Source of the DNA: Deltaproteobacteria bacterium
GTDB lineage: Bacteria; Desulfobacterota; DSM-4660; Desulfatiglandales; HGW-15
Direction: 5' to 3'
Assembly (NCBI GenBank): GCA_019310485.1
Contig: JAFDEF010000007.1
Coordinates: 4,434 to 68,433, forward strand
DNA length: 64,000 nt
Of the stretch, positions 56,871 through 64,000 are shown in pieces. The first letter of the stretch is position 1. The number at the start of each line of letters is the position of its first letter. Position numbers and translations under genes: made by a program. A model generated the notes under the pieces. That model made no database searches and had not been told where the DNA came from. It worked only from the letters and a program-made list of their open reading frames with translations.

Positions 56871-57692
56871 ATGAAAATGAGAAAAGCGATGAAGATTCTT
56901 TCAGCCATAGTTATTGTGAGCTTTACTTTTGTATCAGTGCTTCTGGGGTGCTCTAAGGAAGAAGATCATCAGGTCGTTTCAAAACCGCCCAAGGTTGTAA
57001 AGCACATTATAAAACCTCAGCCAAAAAGAGTGGTACAGGAAGCGAAACAGAAAAAAGAACAAGCGGCACAAGCCCCAAAGCCAGGTCTTGAACTAAGTGT
57101 CGCTTCGGTGGAGCAGAAAACGCTTCCTTCCAAAAAGGTGCAAGAGAAGAAGCAGGCACGAGCTGAGACGCACGAACCCGGTCAGTATATTGTCAAGAAA
57201 GATGAGACTCTTTCAAGTATTGCGCGCCGAAAGGATGTTTATGGAGATCCGCTGAAATGGCCCATAATTTGTCTTTCTAACTTGGAAAAGCTGGCTGACT
57301 TGGCATCAGGGGAGGATTTCCCTCACAGAGAATTGCCTGAGGGGATAAAGCTGAAAATTATAAGTCGAGTCAGCGCAAAAGAAAGCATTGCGAAAAGTAC
57401 TCCCAAATACTGGGTTGTTAATGTGCTCTCCGCCAAAACCGAGAGGGACATTATTGCACACGCGCTAAAGCTCCTCAAGAAAGGGTATCCGGTTTATATC
57501 ACCTCTACCCAGGTGAAAGGTAAGCAATGGATAAGGCTCAGGGTCGGTTTCTTCAAAACCAAGAAAGAGGCTGACGCTGTGGGCAAAGATATACAGAGAG
57601 TTCTGAATTTCGGCCAAACCTGGTCAACAAAGGCAAAGAGAGAAGAGTTTGAAGAATTTGCTGGATTATTGAGCCAAGGGAAGGGTCCATGA
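56871..57692 (+). CDS. Lipoprotein with LysM and SPOR domains
   Basis: Lipobox VLLGC; a LysM-like segment (YIVKKDETLSSIARR...); a C-terminal SPOR-like segment (WIRLRVGFFKTKKEADAV). The ORF extends to a TTG at 56844. Confidence 0.75.
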   Translation: MKMRKAMKILSAIVIVSFTFVSVLLGCSKEEDHQVVSKPPKVVKHIIKPQPKRVVQEAKQKKEQAAQAPKPGLELSVASVEQKTLPSKKVQEKKQARAETHEPGQYIVKKDETLSSIARRKDVYGDPLKWPIICLSNLEKLADLASGEDFPHRELPEGIKLKIISRVSAKESIAKSTPKYWVVNVLSAKTERDIIAHALKLLKKGYPVYITSTQVKGKQWIRLRVGFFKTKKEADAVGKDIQRVLNFGQTWSTKAKREEFEEFAGLLSQGKGP

Positions 57693-58888
57693 AGGGCAAG
57701 AATGTCGTTGTAGGTGTGACAGGGGGAATTGCCGCTTACAAGGCGGCGGAGCTTGTGCGCCTGCTTGTCAAAGCAGGCGCACAAACAAGGGTTGCCATGA
57801 CTGCTCATGCCACAAAGTTTGTAACCCCTCTCACCTTTGAAGTTCTCTCAGAAAACAGAGTAGTATGGGATATGTGGGACGGGCAAGAAAGTCCCATGTC
57901 TCATATCACCATGAGTCAGGAGGCCGACCTTATCATAATTGCCCCCGCAACAGCGAACTTCATCGGAAAAATTGCACACGGTATTGCGGATGATTTTCTT
58001 TCTACCTCAATTGTTGCCGCTACAGGAAAGATGCTTGTGTGTCCCTCTATGAATAGCCGCATGCTCTCGAACCCTGCAGTGCAGGAGAACATCACTCTGC
58101 TGAGAAAAAGGGGATACACTGTTATGGCTCCACAAGAGGGTGAGCTTGCATGCGGGGAAAGAGGTGTGGGCAGGCTTCCTGAACCGGAACAGATCCTGGA
58201 GCAGGCCAGGATTTTGCTCTCAGAACATGATCTTTCAGGAATGAAAGTACTCGTTACCGCTGGTGCTACGGTAGAACCGATTGACCCTGTGAGGTACATT
58301 ACAAACAGGTCAAGTGGCAAAATGGGTTACGCTTTGGCTAGAGCCGCTGCTCTCAGGGGTGCGGAAGTAATGCTTGTGAGCGGTCCCACCTCCCTTAACC
58401 CACCCCGCAATGTTAAAGTTTTCAGAGTGAAGACAGCCGCAGAGATGAGAGATGCGGTTCTTGGCCACCACGCGGAATGTGATGTTGTTATCAAGGCAGC
58501 CGCTGTCCTTGATTACAAGCCACGGAGACAATCGAAGACCAAGATAAAAAAGCTGGAGGAAATCCAGTCTCTTGAATTGGTACGAAATCCTGATATCCTT
58601 GCAGAGCTCGGGAGACGCAGAAGCGGAAAGAGGTCTCTGTTGGTCGGATTTGCGGCGGAGACCCACGATCTTATGAGCAATGCGAGGGAAAAGCTTCGAA
58701 AGAAAAACCTGGACATGATCATAGCTAATGACGTTTCCAGAGAAGATGCAGGGTTTGAATCGGACACTAATGCAGTTAAAATTATTCACAGGGATGGCCG
58801 CGTGGAAGAGCTTCCACTCATGACAAAGGAAGACCTTGCAGATCGTATTCTGGACAGAGTCAAGAAACTATGGAAAGAAACAGCCTAG
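57689..58888 (+). CDS. coaBC: Bifunctional phosphopantothenoylcysteine decarboxylase / phosphopantothenate-cysteine ligase
   Basis: 399 aa with a flavoprotein N-terminus (VVGVTGGIAAYK, PAMN-like CPSMN) and a CoaB C-terminal domain. Confidence 0.95.
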   Translation: MKGKNVVVGVTGGIAAYKAAELVRLLVKAGAQTRVAMTAHATKFVTPLTFEVLSENRVVWDMWDGQESPMSHITMSQEADLIIIAPATANFIGKIAHGIADDFLSTSIVAATGKMLVCPSMNSRMLSNPAVQENITLLRKRGYTVMAPQEGELACGERGVGRLPEPEQILEQARILLSEHDLSGMKVLVTAGATVEPIDPVRYITNRSSGKMGYALARAAALRGAEVMLVSGPTSLNPPRNVKVFRVKTAAEMRDAVLGHHAECDVVIKAAAVLDYKPRRQSKTKIKKLEEIQSLELVRNPDILAELGRRRSGKRSLLVGFAAETHDLMSNAREKLRKKNLDMIIANDVSREDAGFESDTNAVKIIHRDGRVEELPLMTKEDLADRILDRVKKLWKETA

Positions 58889-59691
58889 AGCCGGTTGAGG
58901 AATTGAGGCAAGTGGTCAGTCACTTGAAAAAACTAATGACCTATGACCGGGACATGGGGCTTGAGCCCCCCATACTGTCTTCTTCAACCCTGGAGTATCT
59001 CCGGAAAGAAGCCTCAAGTTTCAATCCGCCAGAGGCGGACGAGGGTTTGATTCCCCGCCCCTTGGGGCGGTTAAGATGGTTTCCGACTGATACCCCGCTG
59101 CTCGCGGCGGGGAAGTTCAATTCCCTGGAGGATCTTAGAGATTTCATTGGTGAATGCAAGAGATGCAAGCTCTGGCGCGGGAGGACAAATCTGGTGTTTG
59201 GTGAGGGCTCACATAAGGCTCGATTGGTCTTTGTGGGTGAAGGACCCGGAAGGGAAGAAGACATAGCAGGTAGGCCCTTTGTTGGCGAAGCGGGCAAACT
59301 CTTGACCAGAATAATAGAAAACGGAATGGGGCTGAAACGAAATGAAGTTTACATTTGTAATGTTGTAAAATGCCGCCCTCCACGCAACCGGGACCCCGAA
59401 AAAGATGAAATTGAGGCCTGCTTACCCTTTCTGGAGCAGCAGCTTAGAATAATCAGCCCCGAGGTCATCTGCACTCTAGGCAGGGTGTCGGCTCAGGCCT
59501 TGCTCGGGGGGGAGTTCAAGATCACGCGCGAGAGAGGGAAGTGGTTTTCTTTTATGGATATCCCTCTGATGCCCACATACCATCCGGCATATCTTTTGCG
59601 AAACCCATCGGCAAAACGCGATGTATGGGAGGATGCCAAAAAAATTATGAGACACCTGGGGCTGGAGGTCAGGGAGAATGCTCAGGCGTAG
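58870..59691 (+). CDS. Family-4 uracil-DNA glycosylase carrying a 32-codon repeat-derived insertion
   Basis: CKRCKL..R.NLVFGEG, GEGPGREEDIAGRPFVG and HPAYLLR are family-4 UDG motifs. The N-terminal linker contains NPPEADEGLIPRPLGRLRWFPTDTPLLAAGKF, encoded by a family-1 repeat. Confidence 0.85.
   Translation: MERNSLEPVEELRQVVSHLKKLMTYDRDMGLEPPILSSSTLEYLRKEASSFNPPEADEGLIPRPLGRLRWFPTDTPLLAAGKFNSLEDLRDFIGECKRCKLWRGRTNLVFGEGSHKARLVFVGEGPGREEDIAGRPFVGEAGKLLTRIIENGMGLKRNEVYICNVVKCRPPRNRDPEKDEIEACLPFLEQQLRIISPEVICTLGRVSAQALLGGEFKITRERGKWFSFMDIPLMPTYHPAYLLRNPSAKRDVWEDAKKIMRHLGLEVRENAQA
59021..59121 (+). repeat. Family-1 structured repeat, subfamily 1b short form, inside the UDG CDS
   Basis: TCAAT at both ends. 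Deleting 96 nt restores gcc tca agt ttc aat tcc ctg gag (ASSFNSLE) in frame. Confidence 0.9.
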
Positions 59692-60991
59692 AAAAACCAT
59701 ACTTTGTCTGCTTTTCTTGCTTGTAGGGTTTTTGCTCATTGAGCCTGCTGTCTTCAAGCACTCTCAAGGCATCTGCAAAGCCGGGGAAGCGCTTGTAATA
59801 GTGCTTGAAGGCCCGATTAACCCTGGAACAGCCACGTACCTCACAAGAGGCCTGGAGCTGGCCAGGAAGGAAGGCTCCAAGCTGGTTATTGTTCAGCTGG
59901 ATACACCTGGCGGACTGGCTTCCTCAATGCGAACCATGGTAAAAGCAATCATGAATTCCACTGTTCCCGTCGTCGTTTATGTCGCCCCGAGGGGAGCGGG
60001 CGCTGCCTCGGCCGGGGTGCTGGTTACAATTTCAGCTCATGTAGCGGCCATGGCTCCCGGCACTAACATCGGTGCTGCTCACCCCGTAATGGCTGGAGGT
60101 AAAGATATCGGCAAAACCATGTCTGAAAAAGTAGTCAATGATATGGCATCTTATGGCCGAAGCATTGCACAGGAGAAAGGGAGAAATGCCGAATGGGTGG
60201 AGAAGGCTATCCGCGAAAGTGTTTCGATAACTGCTGAAGAAGCCGTTAAGAAAAAAGTTGTGGACCTCGTGGCAGCCAACGTTGACGAGCTGCTTAAGTC
60301 CCTGGACGGAAGGGAAATTACCCTCCGCCAGGGCAAAGTAACCCTTAAAACAAAAGCTCTTGCTCTGAAATACTATCGCCCCGGCTTCCGGGACAAAGTT
60401 CTTAAGATAATAAGCGATCCCAATATCGCCTATATACTCATGATGATCGGCATGGCAGGCCTCTACTTTGAGCTTGCGCACCCTGGCGCTATTTTTCCCG
60501 GTGTTATCGGTGGAATTTCTCTGATTCTTGCTTTTTACTCCTTTCAGACCTTACCGGTAAATTACGCAGGGCTTTTGCTCATAGCTCTTGCTATCATTTT
60601 TTTCATAGCGGAGATCAAGATCACCAGCCACGGCATGCTATCTCTTGGTGGGGTTGTCTCCCTGATCCTGGGTTCCATCATGCTTTTTGAGGATGTCAGG
60701 GTTTCTCTGCGCCTGATGATGCCCACAGTTGTTTTAATAGCAGGGTTCTTTGTTACGGTTTCAACGCTTGCGTTTCGTGCCTATCGGTCAAGGCCGAAAA
60801 GCGGAATGGAAGGCCTGGTGGGATCAGTAGGGGTGGTGAAGGAAACACTGGACCCTGAAGGATTGATTTTTGTTCATGGCGAATACTGGCGTGCCGTATC
60901 TGACGAGAAGATTGAGCCAGGAGAAAGGGTTAAGGTGGAGGGAGCAGATGGCCTGGTTTTGAAAGTGAAGAAGGCAACAAACAGCCAGTAG
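59678..60991 (+). CDS. NfeD-family membrane-bound serine protease
   Basis: ClpP-class N-terminal domain (DTPGG), central TM helices and a C-terminal NfeD OB domain. Immediately upstream of an SPFH gene. Confidence 0.85.
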   Translation: MLRRRKTILCLLFLLVGFLLIEPAVFKHSQGICKAGEALVIVLEGPINPGTATYLTRGLELARKEGSKLVIVQLDTPGGLASSMRTMVKAIMNSTVPVVVYVAPRGAGAASAGVLVTISAHVAAMAPGTNIGAAHPVMAGGKDIGKTMSEKVVNDMASYGRSIAQEKGRNAEWVEKAIRESVSITAEEAVKKKVVDLVAANVDELLKSLDGREITLRQGKVTLKTKALALKYYRPGFRDKVLKIISDPNIAYILMMIGMAGLYFELAHPGAIFPGVIGGISLILAFYSFQTLPVNYAGLLLIALAIIFFIAEIKITSHGMLSLGGVVSLILGSIMLFEDVRVSLRLMMPTVVLIAGFFVTVSTLAFRAYRSRPKSGMEGLVGSVGVVKETLDPEGLIFVHGEYWRAVSDEKIEPGERVKVEGADGLVLKVKKATNSQ

Positions 60992-61088
60992 GTGGAGAGT
61001 GGAAAGCGAAAGGGTATTGCACAGGGAAAACTAAATGCTTCCAATTTACGTTTCACAGTTTTTTGCATAGTCAAGAAAGGGGGATGCA

Positions 61089-61826
61089 ATGTTTTGGATA
61101 TTGGCCGTGGTTTTGATTATCTTTTTTCTGGCTTCCGCTATAAGGATCCTGAGAGAGTATGAGCGGGGGGTCATCTTCAGGCTGGGCAGGGTGATCAAGA
61201 CCAAGGGGCCTGGCCTGATAATTCTAATACCTATTGTGGATAAAATGGTGAAAGTAAGCCTTCGCCTTGTGGCCATGGACGTTCCGCCCCAGGATGTAAT
61301 CACCAGGGATAATGTTTCCGTGAAAGTCAATGCTGTAATCTATTTCAGAGTCATGAACCCGACAAAGGCCACGATTGAAGTGGAAAACTACCTTTTTGCC
61401 ACCTCGCAGCTGGCCCAAACCACCCTGAGGAGTGTTTGTGGGCAGGTGGAGCTGGACGAGCTTCTCGGAGAACGAGAAAAGATCAATACCAGGCTCCAAA
61501 CCATTCTAGACGCCCATACCGATCCCTGGGGGATAAAGGTGTCCACCGTCGAGGTTAAACATATTGATCTGCCCCAAGAGATGCAAAGAGCAATGGCAAA
61601 ACAGGCGGAAGCCGAAAGAGAAAGAAGGGCAAAGGTCATAAATGCGGAAGGGGAGTTTCAGGCGGCAGATCGTCTGACCGAGGCGGCAGGCATAATCGCC
61701 AAGCATCCGGAGGCGCTCCAGTTAAGATATCTTCAGACACTGCGGGAAATATCCTCGGAAAGTAATTCCACGACTTTTTTCCCCATACCGATTGAACTTT
61801 TCAAGCCCTTCATAAAGAAGGAGTAA
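61089..61826 (+). CDS. SPFH/band-7 (stomatin-like) protein
   Basis: 245 aa with an N-terminal TM helix, [13 protein letters not shown], and a coiled [12 protein letters not shown] region. Confidence 0.9.
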   Translation: MFWILAVVLIIFFLASAIRILREYERGVIFRLGRVIKTKGPGLIILIPIVDKMVKVSLRLVAMDVPPQDVITRDNVSVKVNAVIYFRVMNPTKATIEVENYLFATSQLAQTTLRSVCGQVELDELLGEREKINTRLQTILDAHTDPWGIKVSTVEVKHIDLPQEMQRAMAKQAEAERERRAKVINAEGEFQAADRLTEAAGIIAKHPEALQLRYLQTLREISSESNSTTFFPIPIELFKPFIKKE

Positions 61827-61930
61827 ACCCTGTCGAATTTCGCACGGGGCATTGAACCCCGTGCGAAAAAGCGGAAAAAGCTTTATTGACCATCCCCGTG
61901 CTCCCGCACGGGGCATTCCTACGGGGTAAA
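61823..61930 (+). repeat. Family-2 structured repeat that overlaps the SPFH stop codon
   Basis: 108 bp, the most divergent of the four copies. Its 5' GTAAA includes the TAA stop (61824-61826). Confidence 0.9.
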
Positions 61931-62002
61931 AATTATCTTGACAAAAGTTGGACTGGACAGGCAAAGATTCTATGCCAATTTTGTGAACAGGAGCGTAGAT
62001 TC

Positions 62003-62395
62003 ATGGAAGATGAGATAAAAAACGACCAGGAGCAAAAAGAAGAGAAACAAGAAAAAGCTCAGTCTGAAAAACCTCTTGACAAGATGACGGCAAAGGAGCT
62101 GAGGGAGATTGCGCTCGAAATTCCTGGGATTAGCGGTGTGCATGCGATGAAGAAGGAGCACCTCCTACAGGCTATAAAAGAAGCAAGGGGAATCAGAGAA
62201 GAAGAGCCGCCCAAGAAGAGAAAGAAAAAAGCAGCAAAGGCAGAGGTGAGCGTTAAGGATCTGAAGAAAAAAATTGCTGAGCTTAAGAAGGAGAAAGAGG
62301 AGGCGCGTCTGAAAAGGGATAAAAGGAAGGTGGATGTTTTGCGCCGCCGAATAAACAGAATGAAAAAAAGAACCAAAAAAGCTGCTCAAGCCTGA
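62003..62395 (+). CDS. Lys/Glu-rich protein with Rho-N/SAP-like helix-extended-helix motif
   Basis: MTAKELREIALEIPGISGVHAMKKEHLLQAI resembles a Rho N-terminal-type motif. The ATG at 62003 has AGGAG upstream. The longer ORF from 61886 would begin inside the repeat. Confidence 0.6.
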   Translation: MEDEIKNDQEQKEEKQEKAQSEKPLDKMTAKELREIALEIPGISGVHAMKKEHLLQAIKEARGIREEEPPKKRKKKAAKAEVSVKDLKKKIAELKKEKEEARLKRDKRKVDVLRRRINRMKKRTKKAAQA

Positions 62396-62414
62396 TGGCG
62401 GAGGAAGATCGCAG

Positions 62415-62450
62415 CAGGCTCATGGGGTCGGTTGCCCTGAGCCTGTTTTT
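62415..62450 (+). terminator. Intrinsic terminator
   Basis: CAGGCTCA...TGAGCCTG stem followed by TTTTTATTTT. Confidence 0.7.
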
Positions 62451-62453
62451 ATT

Positions 62454-62572
62454 TTAATCCGCCAGAGGCGGATTAATCCGCCAGGGGCGGACGAGGGTTC
62501 AATTCCCCGCTCCTTGGGGCGTTAAGAAAATTTCCGATTGACACCCCGTCCGCTTGCGGCGGGGTAGTTAAT
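62454..62572 (+). repeat. Family-1 structured repeat, subfamily 1a long form
   Basis: 119 bp bounded by TTAAT at both ends. Lies between the terminator and ispD. Confidence 0.9.
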
Positions 62573-62620
62573 CATGGACCATGGGTCATATTTGTTTGAG
62601 GGGTTACAGGAAAGAGATTC

Positions 62621-63346
62621 ATGGCCGAGAAAGAATCAAAAGATGCTCTTCTTAGTACAGTGGCTGTTATAGCCGCAGGAGGTTCTGGTCTGCGCATGGA
62701 AAGCGAGAGGCCTAAGCAATTCATGGACCTGGATGGCAGACCCCTGCTTGCGGTAACACTTGAAAAATTCCAGGTCTGCCATGCTGTTGACGCTATCGTA
62801 CTTGTCGCACACCCGGACTATATTGATTATTGCAAAAAGGAGATCGTCGGGCGTTACGCGCTCAGAAAAGTCATAAAAGTCATAGCAGGGGGAAAGCGAA
62901 GGCAAGACTCTGTAAGGCTTGGGATAGAGGCCACTAAAGGAGATTACGGCCTAGTTATCATTCACGACGCTGTAAGGCCGCTGGTTCATCCCGATCTGAT
63001 TGAACGAGTGGTGGCTTCTGCAAAAAAATTCAGAGCGGTCATTGCCGGCCTACCTGCTAAAGAGACAATAAAAGAAGTGGATAAGGACAATACGGTTGTC
63101 AGAACATATGATAGAGCTTCATTATGGCACGCCCAGACTCCGCAGGCCTTTTACTACGAAGACATAAAGAGCGCCCACAAGAAAGCAGTGGAAGAAGGCT
63201 GGGCGGAAGTGACGGACGATGCCCTCCTACTTGAGAAAATGGGCCTTCCTGTAAAAGTTGTTAAAGGGTCTGAAGACAATATCAAAATTACAACCTTACA
63301 TGATCTGGAACTGGCACGCTTCCTCTGGCAGTTAGGCAAGGGATAG
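62621..63346 (+). CDS. ispD: 2-C-methyl-D-erythritol 4-phosphate cytidylyltransferase
   Basis: 241 aa with AAGGSGLRM and IspD-like sequence throughout. Confidence 0.9.
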   Translation: MAEKESKDALLSTVAVIAAGGSGLRMESERPKQFMDLDGRPLLAVTLEKFQVCHAVDAIVLVAHPDYIDYCKKEIVGRYALRKVIKVIAGGKRRQDSVRLGIEATKGDYGLVIIHDAVRPLVHPDLIERVVASAKKFRAVIAGLPAKETIKEVDKDNTVVRTYDRASLWHAQTPQAFYYEDIKSAHKKAVEEGWAEVTDDALLLEKMGLPVKVVKGSEDNIKITTLHDLELARFLWQLGKG

Positions 63347-63362
63347 GAATCATCTGGAAAAG

Positions 63363-64000
63363 ATGCTCTTGAGAATCGGCACAAGGTCAAGCTCATTGGC
63401 AGTCGCGCAGAGCGAGTGGGTCAAGAAAAGGTTACAATTGAGGTACCCTGAACTCAGGGTAGAGCTCGTTAAAATAAGAACAATCGGTGACAGGATCCTG
63501 AATTCTCCCTTGAGCAGGATCGGGGGCAAGGGTCTTTTTGTAAAAGAGATTGAGAATGCCTTGCTTGAAGAAAAAGTGGATGTGGCGGTTCACAGCGCAA
63601 AAGATATTCCGGCCGAATTGCCGGATGGCCTTGAAATTGCTACATTCCCGAAAAGGGAAGACCCACGGGATGCGTGGGTTTCCAACCGCTACCGGAGCAT
63701 TGAGAGATTGCCTGCGGGTGCACGTGTAGGTACGGGAAGTCTCAGGCGTTCAGCGCAATTGAAAAACAAAAGACCCGATCTTCAGGTCATCCCGGTAAGG
63801 GGAAACGTGGACACAAGGCTCCGGAAACTGGACTCAGGCGACTTTGACGGAATCCTTCTCGCTGCAGCAGGCCTCAAGCGTCTTGGGCTTTCAGAAAGAA
63901 TAAGCTCAGTGCTTTTGCCTGAAGAATTCATTCCGGCGATCGGGCAAGGTGCGCTGGGGCTTGAAACCAGGGTGGGTGACAGCTTGTGCCGCAATCTTCT
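63363..64000 (+). CDS. hemC: Hydroxymethylbilane synthase (porphobilinogen deaminase), 5' part, runs off the window
   Basis: MLLRIGTRSSSLAVAQSEWV...TIGDRIL...GGKGLFVKEIE...VHSAKD...RGNVDTRLRKL matches HemC. No stop codon before the window end. Confidence 0.9.
   Translation, partial: MLLRIGTRSSSLAVAQSEWVKKRLQLRYPELRVELVKIRTIGDRILNSPLSRIGGKGLFVKEIENALLEEKVDVAVHSAKDIPAELPDGLEIATFPKREDPRDAWVSNRYRSIERLPAGARVGTGSLRRSAQLKNKRPDLQVIPVRGNVDTRLRKLDSGDFDGILLAAAGLKRLGLSERISSVLLPEEFIPAIGQGALGLETRVGDSLCRNL

Noticed and set aside
61886-62002. Upstream start of the Lys-rich protein ORF at 61886
   Set aside because: That start lies inside the family-2 repeat. The ATG at 62003, with AGGAG upstream, is more plausible.
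13892-62572. Whether the recurring repeats form a CRISPR array
   Set aside because: The copies are scattered over 49 kb with irregular spacing of kilobases and mixed orientations. At 100-120 bp they are far longer than CRISPR repeats. No cas genes are present.

Overview
This looks like a chromosomal segment, about 50% GC by eye, from a sulfate-reducing Desulfobacterota (Deltaproteobacteria)-type genome. All calls rest on reading the ORF translations and the DNA by eye, with motifs recalled from memory. No database search was run.

Gene content, left to right:
- Transport and catabolism: a TRAP transporter (DctPQM), an exported cyclase-family lipoprotein, and a Liv-type ABC amino-acid importer with a fused LivM-LivG. 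Next comes a plus-strand, catabolic-looking cluster: FAH-family hydrolase, class I/II aminotransferase, MmgE/PrpD protein, XRE-cupin regulator, LarA-like protein, a 2-oxoacid:ferredoxin oxidoreductase (alpha, beta, gamma), and a GltD-like flavoprotein fused to the ferredoxin (delta) module.
- Central metabolism: icd, then a branched-chain amino-acid operon (cimA-leuA-leuC-leuD-ilvB-ilvN-ilvC) preceded by a promoter, an Ile/Leu/Val-rich leader ORF and a terminator.
- Sulfite reduction: dsrC and dsrN lie divergent from dsrA-dsrB-dsrD, followed by a block of conserved hypothetical genes.
- Housekeeping: rnc, a radical-SAM gene and era; a sigma54 two-component pair; purD; coaBC; a family-4 UDG; nfeD and an SPFH gene; ispD; and the start of hemC.

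The most unusual signal is 13 copies of three families of GC-hairpin repeats of about 100-120 bp.
- Family 1 has 7 copies. Two of them sit in frame inside intact CDSs (the MmgE/PrpD gene and the UDG gene), one in each orientation, and each adds exactly 96 nt (32 codons).
- Family 2 has 4 copies, all sense-oriented in intercistronic gaps: ilvN-ilvC, dsrB-dsrD, upstream of rnc, and after the SPFH gene.
- Family 3 has 2 inverted copies, one splitting ilvB from ilvN and one beside a decayed dehydrogenase gene.
- No transposase, CRISPR array, rRNA or tRNA was seen.
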